Translations under genes and position numbers: made by a program
Notes under the pieces: generated by a model
Databases searched by the model: none
Seen by the model: only the letters and a program-made list of their open reading frames with translations
What the model was told of the DNA's origin: nothing
In this document: in pieces, positions 38,301 to 52,718 of the stretch
Position numbering within the stretch: the stretch's first letter is position 1
How the letters are laid out: each line of letters starts with the position of its first letter
Source of the DNA: Mytilus trossulus
Taxonomy: Eukaryota
Length of the DNA: 64,000 bases
NCBI RefSeq assembly: GCF_036588685.1
Contig: NC_086382.1
Span: 56,358,001-56,422,000 of the forward strand
Direction: 5' to 3'

Positions 38301-39109
38301 ATCATGCTCAAATAAACGAACCACTACTAGTTGAATATATAAAGTTGAAGTGGAACCTGATAGAAAATAAATACATATTTTCTAAATAAATGTCTTTAGG
38401 CTATCTTTTATTTAGTAATTCAATAAACAGTTTTGGTTACAGTGATACAATTATTTGAAGATTAACATGCAATACTATTTATATTGTTTATATATTCAAA
38501 TCCCATTTTCTTAAATATCTTCAATAGAACAAGAAGACATCGTGTCCAAATAAACGAACCACAAGTAGCGAAATAGTAAAAACAGAGACACTTATATATA
38601 TTTATATATACACAGGTATAAGCAGATGAGGTATGAGTGCCAATGACACTCACCATTCTAGTCAAAATTTATAAAAGTAAACAACTAAAGGTTATATACA
38701 TGCATTTATGTCTCTTGTAATAAAAGTTGATGATCATAATTAAAACATTCGTTTGATACAAAGATTTCTTTAAAATGAAGAAATTTTCCGAAACATTTAT
38801 CTTACAAAAGTTTTTTTTTATATAAAAAAAAATGTTTTTAATTTCACTGCGATCTTTTTCAAAAAGTAGAAAAAACTTGTTCACAAAAGTTACCTAAATA
38901 TAAGTAGTTCCTGTAATATTTACCATTTGAAGACTTTGATATATAGGTAAATTCAGAATAGAGTTATGTATACAGAATATTTCCCTAACAAAATATAGTT
39001 TTTTCCAAATAGAACATTTTAATACTTAGAGTATCTTTTGAGGTGTTCAAACATTTTCATCTAATTATAAGTATATCTTTTTACATTAATTTAGATTACA
39101 TCTTACCAT
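35392..39109 (-). CDS. B3: 232-aa Spaetzle-like cystine-knot protein
   Basis: Exons 39109-39107, 38125-37944, 37449-37324, 36818-36639 and 35599-35392; intact. Confidence 0.9.
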
Positions 39110-39476
39110 TGTTATTTCTTGTATCGAATCAAAATTAAATCTGATTTATAAACTAGAAAATACGGATATTTATATGCATAAACGAGGAAATTAACCTCTA
39201 CGGTTTTGTAACATCGTTATTTGATTCGTCCTTTTATTTGTACGTTATACACTGATGTATTACTTAAAAGTCTTAAGGCTATGTTAACAAAATAAAAGTT
39301 ACGTCACAACACATAATTTTTATCATATACATGCTCTATGGTTTTGACTATTTGACGTAATAGTGTCCTAACGAGCTGCGATTGGCTTTAAAATCCTTTT
39401 CCTCATGGCACTAGAATACATAAAAGAAACGAAATTTTGAGTATTTAGAAAGAACAGTTGTTCGACAGATATTAAG
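39110..39476. promoter_or_regulatory. Bidirectional promoter B3/A3 (367 bp)
   Basis: Same short form as unit 2. Confidence 0.72.
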
Positions 39477-41843
39477 ATGGTAAGAGAAGTATTCTTTAAT
39501 TAATGATATTTTAGTTTAGTAAAGCTGCATACACTATTATATTGTAAGTTAACACATTTTATATAAAAATCATTTTTAGATGATTGGTAATATAAAAGTA
39601 AAGTATAGCACTGTAATATTTAACATTGGTTCTTTTATATCAAGACATTTTATTTACAAATGTGAATGAAATCGTGTTATAACAATTGTAAACTTATCTT
39701 TTATCTAGATGACTATGTTTATTGTTTGGTTTGCGGTACTAGGAGTCACTGGAGCTTACAAGTGTATGGATCCTCCAGAAATGCATTGGCCTGATAAGGT
39801 CAGAATATGTGATGGAGAATTTGGAAGTAGTCCTGGATGTAATGATGAATATACAGTCCCGTATAACCAGTAGGTACATCCTTGAGCCAGAAATATTCTA
39901 GACACATTACAAGTATTATTAAACTTCCTAACTTAAAAAATTGAAAATTGCACTTGAATGATTTTCAACAGATTTTATGAATTAAAACTGTGTATGTATT
40001 TAGCAGCAGTCGATTTCTAATTTATATGACTATCCGAATATTAGATTTTTACATCAATTTCGTAAAGGTTTGTTGTCTAATTGCTTGTAATAAAGAATTT
40101 GCTCAACTCTATATTTTATTAATCGCTTCGTATGGATTTTATTTTCATTTGTATCTATTTTTCAGCTATCATATAGAAAGCGCCCTTCAAGCTGACAGAG
40201 ATCTTCTATCCTTCGTTGAGGATTCTTGTAAAATATACTCTCCAGAACTTCCCCTTGAATATGAGTAAGTTTTGATTAATATCTATCAGTAATTATAATG
40301 ACATTCGCCAAAATCGAAGGGCTATATGTTGTAACGAGGTTGTGTGTTACTTGTTGTTATCTGAATGTTCCAAATTCCTCAAAAAGGATAACCAACTTTC
40401 TTAATAGATATAACAAATCATCAATGAAATAATATTTATCAATTTCATCCTTCCGAATCGATCACCTTGCTTTATTTTCTTCAAGAGCGCCTAAACACAA
40501 AATATTGAAAAACCAAAAATGTATAGATAAATGAAAAAGTTATGAGCTATGTCACTATAATGGACATTAAACGAATGTTTTATACATTGATAAATATAAT
40601 TAAGATGTATTCTCATTAGATATTTTATTAAAACACAGTCATATCATTTATGACCACTTTTGTATTACTACAAAGTAATAGCATTCATCAACAATATGAT
40701 ATTACAACACAGTCAGAACATTTATCAACACTTTTTTTTACTACAAGTCATCCACACTGTGTTATTACCACACAGAGACGTCATGACAATCGTTCTCACC
40801 GTGTGGTTTCAATACAATCATCAAATCTTTTCATAACGTCTTATGACATCAAAGTTCTAAATTTTAACAGCATTTTATTATTACAAGAAAGTTACAACAT
40901 TTAATCGCAACGTGTGATATTTCAACAAAGTCAAATATATGGTTATGAAATTACCTGGACGGCTAGAAATCATAAGAAACATATAGTCTATTATTTTTCT
41001 ATTCCGTACAAATTTATATGATTCCCCCCCTTTTTAGACAATGTCCAATTGATGGTGGTGATCTTGGAAAAACGCTAGGCAGATGTGAGAAAGTTTGTGA
41101 TGGCAATTATGTTAATGTAACAGCTGTGAATGTGCAAATGGTAGACGAAAAAACAAAAAGCTTAAGATGGAGCAAATGTTATGTTATACGTCCATGGGAA
41201 CAGAAAGTTTACTATATGAAGTGCAAGTAAGTAGTTATATCACTCAAAGCTGTTTTTTCTAATGAACTTTTTTCAATTTTCAATTATTATTATCATTGAA
41301 GTAGAGGTGGTATCAAAAAGTCAAATATATCACTCAAAGCTGTTTTTTCTAATGAACTTTTTTCAATTTTCAATTATTATTATCATTGAAGTAGAGGTGG
41401 TATCAAAAAGTCAAATATGTTCACATGTATTGATTGTGATACTTCGTTTAATATCTTATCAACCTTTCTTCTCTATTTATTTTTCAAGTTTACTAATTGG
41501 TAAATGATGAGGTTCAGGCTCATCTTCTTAAATACTTTATTATGTTTGATGGAAATTGAAGATTACAGGCTTCTTTATCTAAATCAAAAAATTAGTTATT
41601 TGATTTTTTTTTAATTTCAGAAGTGATCGACCTACTTTTGAGAGCAGTTCATTTAAGTGTGTTCCAGACAACTTTATCAGACGTAGGGTTGCTGTTTTCT
41701 GTCCAGAATTCAAAGAACACCAATGTCAAAAAGTGGACCTCGAATTACCAACTAATTGTGCTGCAAGCCGATTTGAATGTGTCCAACCGAAGAAAACAAA
41801 GCAACAAAGCGTAGACAGCTTTTTCGATTCATTGTTTTTGTAG
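39477..41843 (+). CDS. A3: 224-aa degenerate-knot protein
   Basis: Exons 39477-39479, 39709-39869, 40166-40264, 41038-41226 and 41621-41843; intact, with F-to-L in KSLRW. Confidence 0.92.
41236..41415. repeat. 90-bp tandem duplication private to A3 intron 4
   Basis: 41236-41325 is repeated at 41326-41415; single copy in A1, A2 and A4. Confidence 0.9.
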
Positions 41844-42375
41844 TTCAGTCTTTTAAAGAACTATCCGCACAGTGTGCTGCAGGTCGATTCTAATGGTGTC
41901 ATAAAAACCATTCTGAACAGACGAAAAAGATGAAATGCCTTCAATTGTGACCTCACATATTAGAAAGTTTTGTATTTAAATCCATGCAGACTGTGATATT
42001 TTGTTGTTTTTTTTGTAATATTGTGCACATCATCATCCATTATGCCATGTTCTTGTAATAGTGACTAATGTATAAATAAAATATAATATTTTATATATCT
42101 GTGTCTGGTAGTTTATTTTCCCCCTGTGTAGGATAGTTAGTAATTGACATTAGTTAAAGAGATTTTATTACGAATTAAGATTTCATTGGTTTATCTTATT
42201 TTCCATTATAAAAGATAGCATGTCTTGCGAGAGGTTTGGCATGCCATTTAACCAGGTTTAACCCTATTTATTTAAGCCAGGAATATGGCAGTTATTATCA
42301 AATAGTTCGTTGTATGTGTGTTGGCGTTTTTTTTGTGGTAAATTGTGAAGTGTTTCAATAACTACATGTAGTTAT

Positions 42376-43189
42376 CTAATCCGAAATTACTCTGATGTCC
42401 AACGACTGTTTTGGCAGACAAGCTTGGGCCGTGTGACGTCAGAGCTTGTCCCATATCAAAAAAATGATATTTGCCCGTCCAAAATGGATGCGCCGCTTCG
42501 TTGCTTCTAGGGGCGACTGACGGCCTTGGAATTATATAAATCAGGCATCAATCTGTTAATTTTTCATTTATCTCTTCATTCATGTCACCCTTTATATCCC
42601 CCTATTTTAACAGTTTTCACAGTGACGCATCGATTCTGGTATTTTAACTTTCATTTTGAAAGTTTGTCATGTGATCAACGAGAAAAAGTAAGGCACAATG
42701 TATTATGGGAGCTGATGACCCTAGGTCAATGTGAATACATAATCTAACATCTCGTTCATTTACGATGCAAGTACGGTCCGAGTGCTTCCGATTGTTATCA
42801 TTATTGGCTACTGAATGTTTAATACCGATCTCCTGTAAAGAAGATTAAGAAATATACACAATCCCGAAATTAGCATAAATATTTGAATAATTTCAGTCTC
42901 GAGGCCGCCAACTATGAAACTATGAACTGTGAAAACTATTAAAATAGGGAAAATAATGGGTGGCAGGTAGGTGAAACTTACATGAATGAAGAGATAAATA
43001 AAAAATGGACAGATTGATGACCGATTTATATAATTCCAAGGCCGTTAGTTGGCCCTAGAAGCAACGAAGAAGCGCATCCCTTTAAGACGGGCAAATATCC
43101 ACTTTATGATATGAGACGAGCTCTGACGTCCAACGACTCCACCTTGTCTGGCAAAACAGCCGTTGGACGTCAGAGTAATCTCGGACTAG
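42376..43189. mobile_element. Long-TIR MITE (unit 3)
   Basis: Same shortened form as unit 2. Confidence 0.88.
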
Positions 43190-43387
43190 AAGTTATCTAC
43201 ACGACGTAGATTATGCCTTGGATTGACTTTTTTTCTATTTCAAACAAATGATTTGCGAGTTATTCAATCAACCAGTAAGGTTTTATCCCATATTGTTCCG
43301 TTGCTTTTCTCGTACTTTTTGTGTTTCCATCGGGTTTAGTCTATAATCTATATTTGTTTTCGCCGAAGCGATTTATGACTTTTAAAC

Positions 43388-46017
43388 TTAAAATGCAAAA
43401 TGAAGTTAAGGAATTTCTTTCGAGAGCAGATAGATAAAATTATAAGAAATCTTCAGTCGTACAAAGCTAGTTAATTTGAGATTCACAATGATTTTTTAAA
43501 GTTTGGTAGCGATGCACTTGTAAATTCACTTGTTTATCTCTTCACCATTATTACTGACATTGAAGCTGTACCTGGTGATTGGCAAAATGGCATCATCAAA
43601 CCCCTACTCAAAGCTGGGTCTGTCTATTATATTGATAACTATAGGGGGATTACTTTAACGTCTAATGTGTACAAGGTATATTCGAAAAGTTTGGAGGAAT
43701 CTGTTATGACCTACTTAGAAGAAAATAATATTTTAGGCAAGGTTCAGGGAGCATTTAGAAAAAATAGAAGAACAGATGATCATATTTTTACTCTACAAGG
43801 TATTTGTTCTATACTAAAAGCTAAAAAATATAAAACACTTTTCGCTTTTCTAGACCTATTAAAAGCTTTTGATAGAGTCTGGCAGGATGGCTTTTCTATT
43901 TATTGTGGAAAACTGCCATTCAAGGTGAATTGCCTATTATTTGCTGATGATGAAGTCCTTATCGGGAAGTCCGAGGCGGAACTACATCGTCTGCTTGATA
44001 TAACAGCTAATTTTGCTTCAAAGTGAAATCTAAAATGTAACCAAAACAAATCCAAAGTTATGATAATAGGTAAGCGTTTAGATAAGGATCAGAAGTAGCA
44101 ATTAGGTAACCTGCTCTGGCTTGAGGAAGCCAATGAAAACAAATATCTGAGTTTATTTTACGCGTTCTTTGACTTTTGCCTAAAAGCTAAAAAATATAAA
44201 ACATTTTTAGCTTTCTAGAACTATCAAAAGCTTTCGATAGAGTCTGGCGTGATAGCCTTTTCTATTTATTGTGGAAAACTAGCATTCAAGGTAAGTGTAG
44301 GAAACTGCTCAAATCACTTTACAGTAATGTACATAACAAAGTTTTGTTTGGTGATTGTGAACCAGGTTTCTTTGATCAATAATTTGGCTTGAAACAAGAC
44401 TGTGTGTTGTCTCCGGCTCTTTTCTCTGTTCTAATAAATGACCTCGTAAGCATGCTCGAAGCCAACAATGTTGGTGCCGACCTATCCTCACAACTAGTGA
44501 ATTGCCTTTTATTTGCTGATGATGTAGTCCTTATCGGGAAGTCCGAGGCGGACCTACATCGTCTGCTTGATATAACAGCTAATTTTGGTTCAAAGTGGAA
44601 TCTAAAATTTAACCAAAACAAATCCAAGGTTATGATAATAGGTAAGCGTTTAGATAAAGATAAGAAGTAGCAATTATGTAACCTGATCCGGCTTGAGGAA
44701 GCCAATGAATACACATATCTCGGGGTTTATTTACGCGTTCTTTGACTTTTGCCTACCATATAAATCGTTACTTAAAAGATAACTTCGAGCACAATCTCAA
44801 TTATATGACTAAGTTACTAAATGAGCACGGATCTTTCAATCGCATATTCTTCGGAGATGCCCTCTGGAACTCGGTAATACGGCCATATATCGCACACGGT
44901 TGTGCTGTGTAGCTGCCGTCATCAGTTTCAGGCAAACAAATTCTTGAAACTTACAATATAAATCGGCGAAATCCATTTTAAGTACTAATATGAATATCCC
45001 TAAGTCGGCTCTGTTCGTAGATTAAGTTGGGAACCGATAAATAATTTCCTTGATAGACAAAGGGTGTCTCATTTTGCTAGAATTCGTTACCTAGATAAGA
45101 ATAGATTATGTCGAATCATATTTGACGAGCTAAAGGGCTTAGCGCTACATCGAGAATGGGGATATCCCCAGTATATGAAAAATATGTTTGATACTGTTGG
45201 TCTTGATCTTTTTTTACAACTGAAATGCTAACCTGAATATTTTCAAACAGTTTTTTGGAAAGTTTGTTCGTGAAAGAGAATTTCAAGTTATAAGAAATAA
45301 AAATAGTCTAAATGCGTTTTTCAAATTTAACCTTGCGTCAGGTAGACAGTCTTATTTGTCAAACTTGATCGATTTTAAGTCTTCAAGGTTAAAATTGTTA
45401 GCACATACAAATTGTTTACCCATGAATCAAGTTTGCTATAGAATGTGCGAGACTCAAATTTGTCAAATGTGTTCATGCAAATCTGAGGAGTCCGTGGAAC
45501 ATTTCGTTCTCGAAGTTTCTGAATATTCTGCTATACGAAATAAGTATTTTGCCGATATTAATGAGAACCTAAGTTCTTACATCCCCGACTTTTGCCTCAC
45601 AGAGTTACCGTTCTACGAAAAATTAAACATACTGCTAGGTGAATATTTTTATAAGGTTGATTCAAATGTTTGTAAACATGTTGACACTTTTAGTAAAAAG
45701 ATGTTGAGTGAAATGTTCACTTACAGATCTTCACTTTTAGAAAATTAAGCTAACTGTGATTTACGTGTGCAACTTAATTGATGTGATCTCTAAATGTTGA
45801 GATTTTATATTAATATATAATGCTGTTATGTTTTACATGAATGTTGACTTGTTTTAAAAAAAGAAATATTTTTTAACTTTGATATTGTCCTATGTGTATT
45901 TTTATTTCATTGTACTTTATTCATTGTATATGCTCTTGCACGCATTTGTGGTTACCCTACCTGCAAGTGCCCCCGTTGTAAAGGGCTAGTTTCTTATTAA
46001 ATATAAATATATATATA
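43388..46017 (+). mobile_element. Decayed LINE RT plus knuckle (unit 3)
   Basis: Near-identical to 30170-32804. Confidence 0.9.
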
Positions 46018-48600
46018 TAAACAAACGCTTACTACTGTTGCCTTTATGTATCATTATGTAAAAAACATGACATAAATCAGACCGCAAAACAAGGAGAAAC
46101 AAAACGTATTAGCTAAAAGAGCATATATATAATTAAATGTTTTTAAAAAAGAAGAATGTTACAATTAAACTTATCTTGCATTTAAAATGACAGGTCGTCT
46201 TACTATTCTTTTACAATGGATAATAGTTTCAACCAAGTATAATAAGGTCAGAATGTCACTATGAATACTTAGAATCCCTGAAAGTACAAAAGTAAGTCGA
46301 TTCTTAGGTTTGACTTGGTTAAACTTATTATATTGAATGAATAATCTTATAGTAATTTATGTTTTTTTTTGTCCTTTCATAGATATTAATAAATATACTT
46401 AATTGTAAATACTGTAAAGTGATATTATGTTTTCGTATATAATCACACCATCAGTATCATATGCTCGTCCTTAAATTATGTAAATTGCGGGATTTTTTGT
46501 AGAATGACCCACTTGCCAAATAGTTTTGTCAAAATTTAGAACCTAAGCACAGCTGATATATTTTCACATTTAATTTGAAATGGAAACCCATTTTTTTATT
46601 CCGTTAAAATATGTTATTAGAAATTGTTATGTTATTTAACCTTCGCAGATTATGCATTATATTCTCTCCTTACCGTAAAACAATTTTTTTTAATTTCATT
46701 AATTCAACACGCATAACAAAGATATTTTACACAATTACACAATGACAATGTATAAGTATAGAGCCACGCCAAAAGACTGTTACTAAACATGGTATACAGG
46801 TTAAATCTCCATTAACTGCAAACTACTGCATATCTAAGTTTAGAAGCACATAACTAGGGTCCAGAGAGGGATGGCAGCAGTGAGAACATATACAAGGTAC
46901 ATATAAAATCTCAGAAAACTTCACTCAATATATTATAAAACAAATTATTTTACAGACAATTCTAATGTTATTTTAAATTTTACCCAAACTTTGTTTTAAT
47001 ATTGTTGATTCATTTATTTTCGTGGGCACAATTTTCGTGGATGAAGGAAAACTTGCACATTCGTTGTTTTGCCGAAGTCTTTATGCAAGCCTTAAGAAAA
47101 ATTTTATTCGATGAACATACCTGGTTCACACTTTACCCACGAAATCAACGAAAATTGGTATCCAATGAATAATAATGAATAATAAATAGATTCGGCGAAA
47201 ACACACATGTATTAAAGAATAAACCGAAAGGAGACACTCAAGTACGAAAAAAGCAACGGAACATTTTAGGATAAAATCTAATTGGTTGATAGGATAACTC
47301 ACAAATAAGTTTTTTGAAATAAGAAAAGCCAACCCAAGGCAAAAACCATATCGTGTAGATAACTACATAAAGTTATTAAAACACTTCACTATATACCGAC
47401 TAAGAAGACACAAAAGAGGTTATCAAAAAATAAAAAAAAAAGAACAAGGCCAGATGTGTATGTCCAAACGATCATGCAAAGGGTTTGGTATTGACAATGA
47501 TAAAACTATTCGAAATAACCACATTGACGATGATTCAATTCATTTAAGGTTACCATACCGCTGTCAATATAGAGCGAACCTTATACCATACCGTATTTAT
47601 AAGGTTTCAATATTACCAATGTGAAACGATTCAAACGAAAAACATGAACAGCCAAAAAAATTGTCAACATGCGACTTCCCTTACTAACGAAACAATATCT
47701 TAAGAAAAAAATTTGAAAACAAATTATTTTGCCTCTTAAATTTTAAAGTCTACTCCAGATTTAATCAGTCCAACTGTTCAAACATAGTAATGACATATTT
47801 ATTAAGTTCTGTATACCGAAAAGGACGGATAAGAAAGAAGGCAGTTCATCCTTAAACTAAAAATGTATGTAGGACAGGGTGTCAGATACTAATATAATAA
47901 TATATTATATCACTATATAGGTTATAATCGGCTGATGACAAAGTCTGGTTTTAATGAACTTTTTTAGGAAAAATATTCTCATATCGACCGCATGCATATT
48001 CTTTAATTGTGATATAAGCCCTGTCAATTTGACAAAAATAGAACAAACATTCATTTGATTGGTGTTAACTATTTTAATTGTATGTAGGACAGAGGTGCAA
48101 TATACTAAAAGTATAAGAGAGGTGACAGATAGTCATACAAAAGATATTCCAGAAGTTGAAAAACATTGGTTAGCAATAAAAAACGACAACATACAAAAAC
48201 AGTGCTCAAGACACAGCATAGAAACAAAAGACTGGAAATCAAGAACCTAACCTAACCCGATGTGATCTTAGGTGCTCCTGAAGGGTGGACATAGTTTGAT
48301 CTCCATGTGACACCCGTAAATATTTATAAATGCCGATACACCTCTTCTGAAAAAGGAATGAAAAAACCCTTCAAGATTCGTCAAATCTATTTTTTTACAA
48401 CATGATAAAATTCATTTGTATAGTTTAGGTTCTTGTCATTTATAATAGATAATAGAAGTACAATATTTAAAGCTATTTTTATTAAATACTATTGTTATGG
48501 TTTGTTAGTAGACATAAACATAAAAGACAATACACATAAATGATTAGGATGAAATATATTGCACATGCCCTTGTAAGTGACTCAATAATGTTCTTTCACT

Positions 48601-51600
48601 TTATAGAATTCTTTTTGTTGTGAATGTATCGTCACATCCAACCTTTACACAACTACATGCTGTTGGGATCTTCTCGGCATGGAGAGTTATTCTTCCATTG
48701 TCACTAGGACATAACACTGCCATGGTTCTGGTGACGTAATTGGTTGGTCGGCAGTAATAATCTTTTTGTGGGGCATAATGGAATCTACATTTTGTTGTTC
48801 TCTTATGGCTGTAAAATTAAAAGTAAGAACAAATTAAGTTAACATAAATATGATATTTTTTTGCTGGAATTACGTTAAATGAGATGCAGGCTACACTCCA
48901 ATGATACAAATAACCCAAGGTATATAATGAAAGTGAAGTCTTCAACGCTAGACATATGTGATGGGCGGCTTTCATTTCCATAGTTTTTATTTTTTGGTAA
49001 TTCCCCTCCCCCATTTTCAATTGTGTTTCCTCATTATTCTCTATTCCTTATTTTTTTTGACTATTTTTCTTTTCTTTTTTCACCGATTTTCTGCATTTTT
49101 TGTCCTTTATCCTCTATCCTGTAAAACCCACCCAGACTTAATGTGTCTCATACATTTACGATGGGGTAAAACAATACATGTAGATTAGAAAAAAACACAG
49201 ACTGATTACTAGCTGTAAGGGACAAGATCGGAAAGTATGGGAAGAGAGAGATCGTTAATAATTCGTTAAAAAAGATATCGGGGACTGTCGAAAGTAATAG
49301 ACAATACAACAGACATTACCAACCACTTCCATCCGACACCTATTGATAAAGTACAATAGACAAACAACAAGGAATAGGGTTGATATAGACTAACATGAAA
49401 CTGGTCCACTATTGTTGGGCCATCGCAGTTCAACATGCGCAAATATGTATGTTTTAGAATATGAAATTTAGAAACTCATTAACTGGACCAACACACACAT
49501 TACAATCTAGGGATTACCACAAATATGAATCATTAGGATCAGTAACACGTACATAGTCACGTTTGGACTCTATATCAGTTTAGCCTTACTACAGTAGCAT
49601 GTCTTTTTTCTTGGATTTGGTGCCATTTGATTCAGAAATATTTAACGTTTTTTCTCTCTCATTTTCTGTATTCAATCGTTCATTATGAAAACATGAATAA
49701 GATGAAGTGTTACTTATACTTAAGAAAGACATCCACCAAATTCTAAACAAAACTTTCTTCTATTTTTACATTATTTTTGGTTGATCTTAGTGTTAATTGT
49801 TTTATAACTAAATGATATGTTTGAGACTAAAAATTAACTCACCCTATACACTCCACTTTATAAATTGTTTGGACTCCTTGTTCGCTTAAAACGACTTCAC
49901 AAATTTCATCCCCCAGTTTTTTACCAGTCATTATTTGGTTGATGGATCTATAAATATGGGTCACAGGTGTGCGCACTTCTCTGCACATAGGAAATTTATG
50001 GATCTTTGCCATTTTCGTCATTCTGAAATAAAAACATGGTTATATTTATCTAAATCATTTTGTTCTAATGCAGTTTTTATCACGAAATAGAAGAATATTG
50101 TAAGACATGTTAACAGATGGTAAAGTTTAAATAACTGTGAAATGTTACTAGTAGTACTGCAAACAGCATTAATTCGATATAAAATGTGTTCAAAATTAAA
50201 AATAGCATCATTATCTCTGCAATATTCTAAAAAAAGAAATAATTAAAAGAATCTGAGCTCTATTTTGTGATTGTGAGTATTTATTTCCTACAAAAGAACC
50301 AACCAGATAGAAAACATTGAAATGTGTTTATGTAAAAGATTAGTATCAGCTCCAAATTGAACAAGAGTTCAACTTTCAAAAAACAACTCATTTAGGTGCT
50401 ATGGGTTTAGAATGAAACAAAAAGAAATAATATGCACTCTGACCGTTCCGTGTAAAGACATTTCTGAAGAAACCATTTTAAAATTGCAGTGGTGACTTAA
50501 AATTTTCTATTTTTAAAATGTATTTACCCAGTTCCTCTGACATCCTCTACTGCATTTTGTTTAGAGAATATGTGTTTTGAGACACCATCGCATTCTTTGC
50601 TGTGTTTTAAGTAATTCACAAAACTTCCATCTGAGTCTGTCATTGCTTGACGGCTGTAAGAGAGAGTTTTATTTAAATCTCATCAAATATCAATCACATC
50701 TTTAATGTCAAGGCTGTTCAATAAGCTTTTACTGTATGTAGAGATAAGATGTTTTAATTGGTATGAGGCAGTAAGATGATTTATTTAGTATTAAATGGAA
50801 GCATAATTTGCCTCATCTACTTATATTTATATTAAAACACAATGACTGCTATGCTATACAAAATGATGAAATATCGGAGCTAGCGATTGTTTTTTTTTTT
50901 TTAATTTGTATTTGTTTTTGTCTTAAGTGAAGCGTGTGTGTGAATTCTGATCCTTGATCTTTACGTTTTGCACTTTTTGTTGTAACATATCACCAAAGTT
51001 TTAATGGACTTTAGGTAAACCTCAACGATTACCTCGAGAATCTCATTTATTTTCTCAGAAGTGCTCTCATTATATTTTTAATTATTGCATAATCATGGCA
51101 TCTATGATGAGTTTATTTATTAATAACATTTTGAATGATAAGAGTACTTACATGTTATATCTAACGTAGTTTTCTGGGACCTTACTCTTATCACATATCC
51201 ATTCCTGTGGTGGTAGACATTGTCTATACAACAAGTCGTATTTCTGACAGAGCTGAAATTTCTTACTCATCGGATTAGGGAGAGCAGTTGCAAGCGTCAC
51301 AGCTATGACAGCAATGTACAGTTGAAGTGGAATCTGAGAAAAAATCAACACATGTTTTAAATGAATGTCGTACAGCTATCTTTGGTTTCATCTATTTAAT
51401 GATAAGTTTTGGTCACAGGAATAATATGCGTAAAGATTATCAAGCATTACTACTAATACTTTTATATATGTAAACAAGCTATTAATATTTTCAAATAAAT
51501 GAAAATACATCATGCTCAAATAAACGAACCACTACTAGTTGAATATATAAAGTTGAAGTGGAACCTGATAGAAAATAAATACATATTTTCTAAATAAATG

Positions 51601-52303
51601 TCTTTAGGCTATCTTTTATTTATTAATTCAATAAACAGTTTTGGTTACAGTGATACAATTATTTGAAGATTAACATGCAATACTATCTATATTGTTTATA
51701 TATTCAAATCCTTTATTCTTTAATATTTTCAATAGAACAAGAAGACATCGTGTCCAAATAAACGAACCACAAGTAGCGAAATAGTAAAAACAGAGACACT
51801 TATATATATTTATATATACATAGGTATAAGCAGATGAGGTATAAGTGCCAATGACACTCACCATTCTAGTCAAAATTTATAAAAGTAAACAACTAAAGGT
51901 TATATACATGCATTTATGTCTCTTGTAATAAAAGTTGATGATCATAATTAAAACATTCGTTTGATACAAAGATTTCTTTAAAATGAAGAAATTTTCCGAA
52001 ACATTTATCTTACAAAAGTTTTTTTTTCATATAAAAAAACGTTTTAATTTCACTGATCGTTTTCAAAAACTTGTTCACAAAAGTTACCTAAATATAAGTA
52101 GTTCCTGTAATATTTACCATTTAAAGACTTTGATATATAGGTAAATTCAGAATAGAGTTATGTATACAGAATATTTCCCGAACAAAATATAGTTTTTTCC
52201 AAATAGAACATTTTAATACTTAGAGTATCTTTTGCGGTGTTCAAACATTTTCATCTAATTATAAATATATCTTTTTACATTAATTTTGATTACATCTTAC
52301 CAT
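48601..52303 (-). CDS. B4: 232-aa Spaetzle-like cystine-knot protein
   Basis: Exons 52303-52301, 51333-51152, 50653-50528, 50022-49843 and 48808-48601; intact. Confidence 0.9.
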
Positions 52304-52718
52304 TGTTATTTCTAGTATCGAATCAAAATTAAATCTGATTTATAAACTAGAAAATACGGATATTTATATGCATAAACGAGGAAATTAACTTCTACTGTTT
52401 TGTAACATCGTTTTTTGATTCGTCCTTTTATTTGTACGTTATACACTGATGTATTACTTAAAAGTCTTAAGGCTATGTTAACAAAATAAAAGTTACGTCA
52501 CAATACATCATGTTTATCATATACATGCTTTGATATCTTTGCAAAATACTCCTTTGTTTTTCTTTTAAAATACATAATTATGGTTTTGACTATTTGACGT
52601 AATAGTGTCCTAACGAGCTGCGATTGGCTTTAACATCCTTTTCCTCATGGCACTAGAATACATAAAAGAAACGAAATTTTGAGTATTTAGAAAGAACAGT
52701 TGTTCGACAGATATTAAG
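52304..52718. promoter_or_regulatory. Bidirectional promoter B4/A4 (415 bp)
   Basis: Long form, like unit 1. Confidence 0.72.
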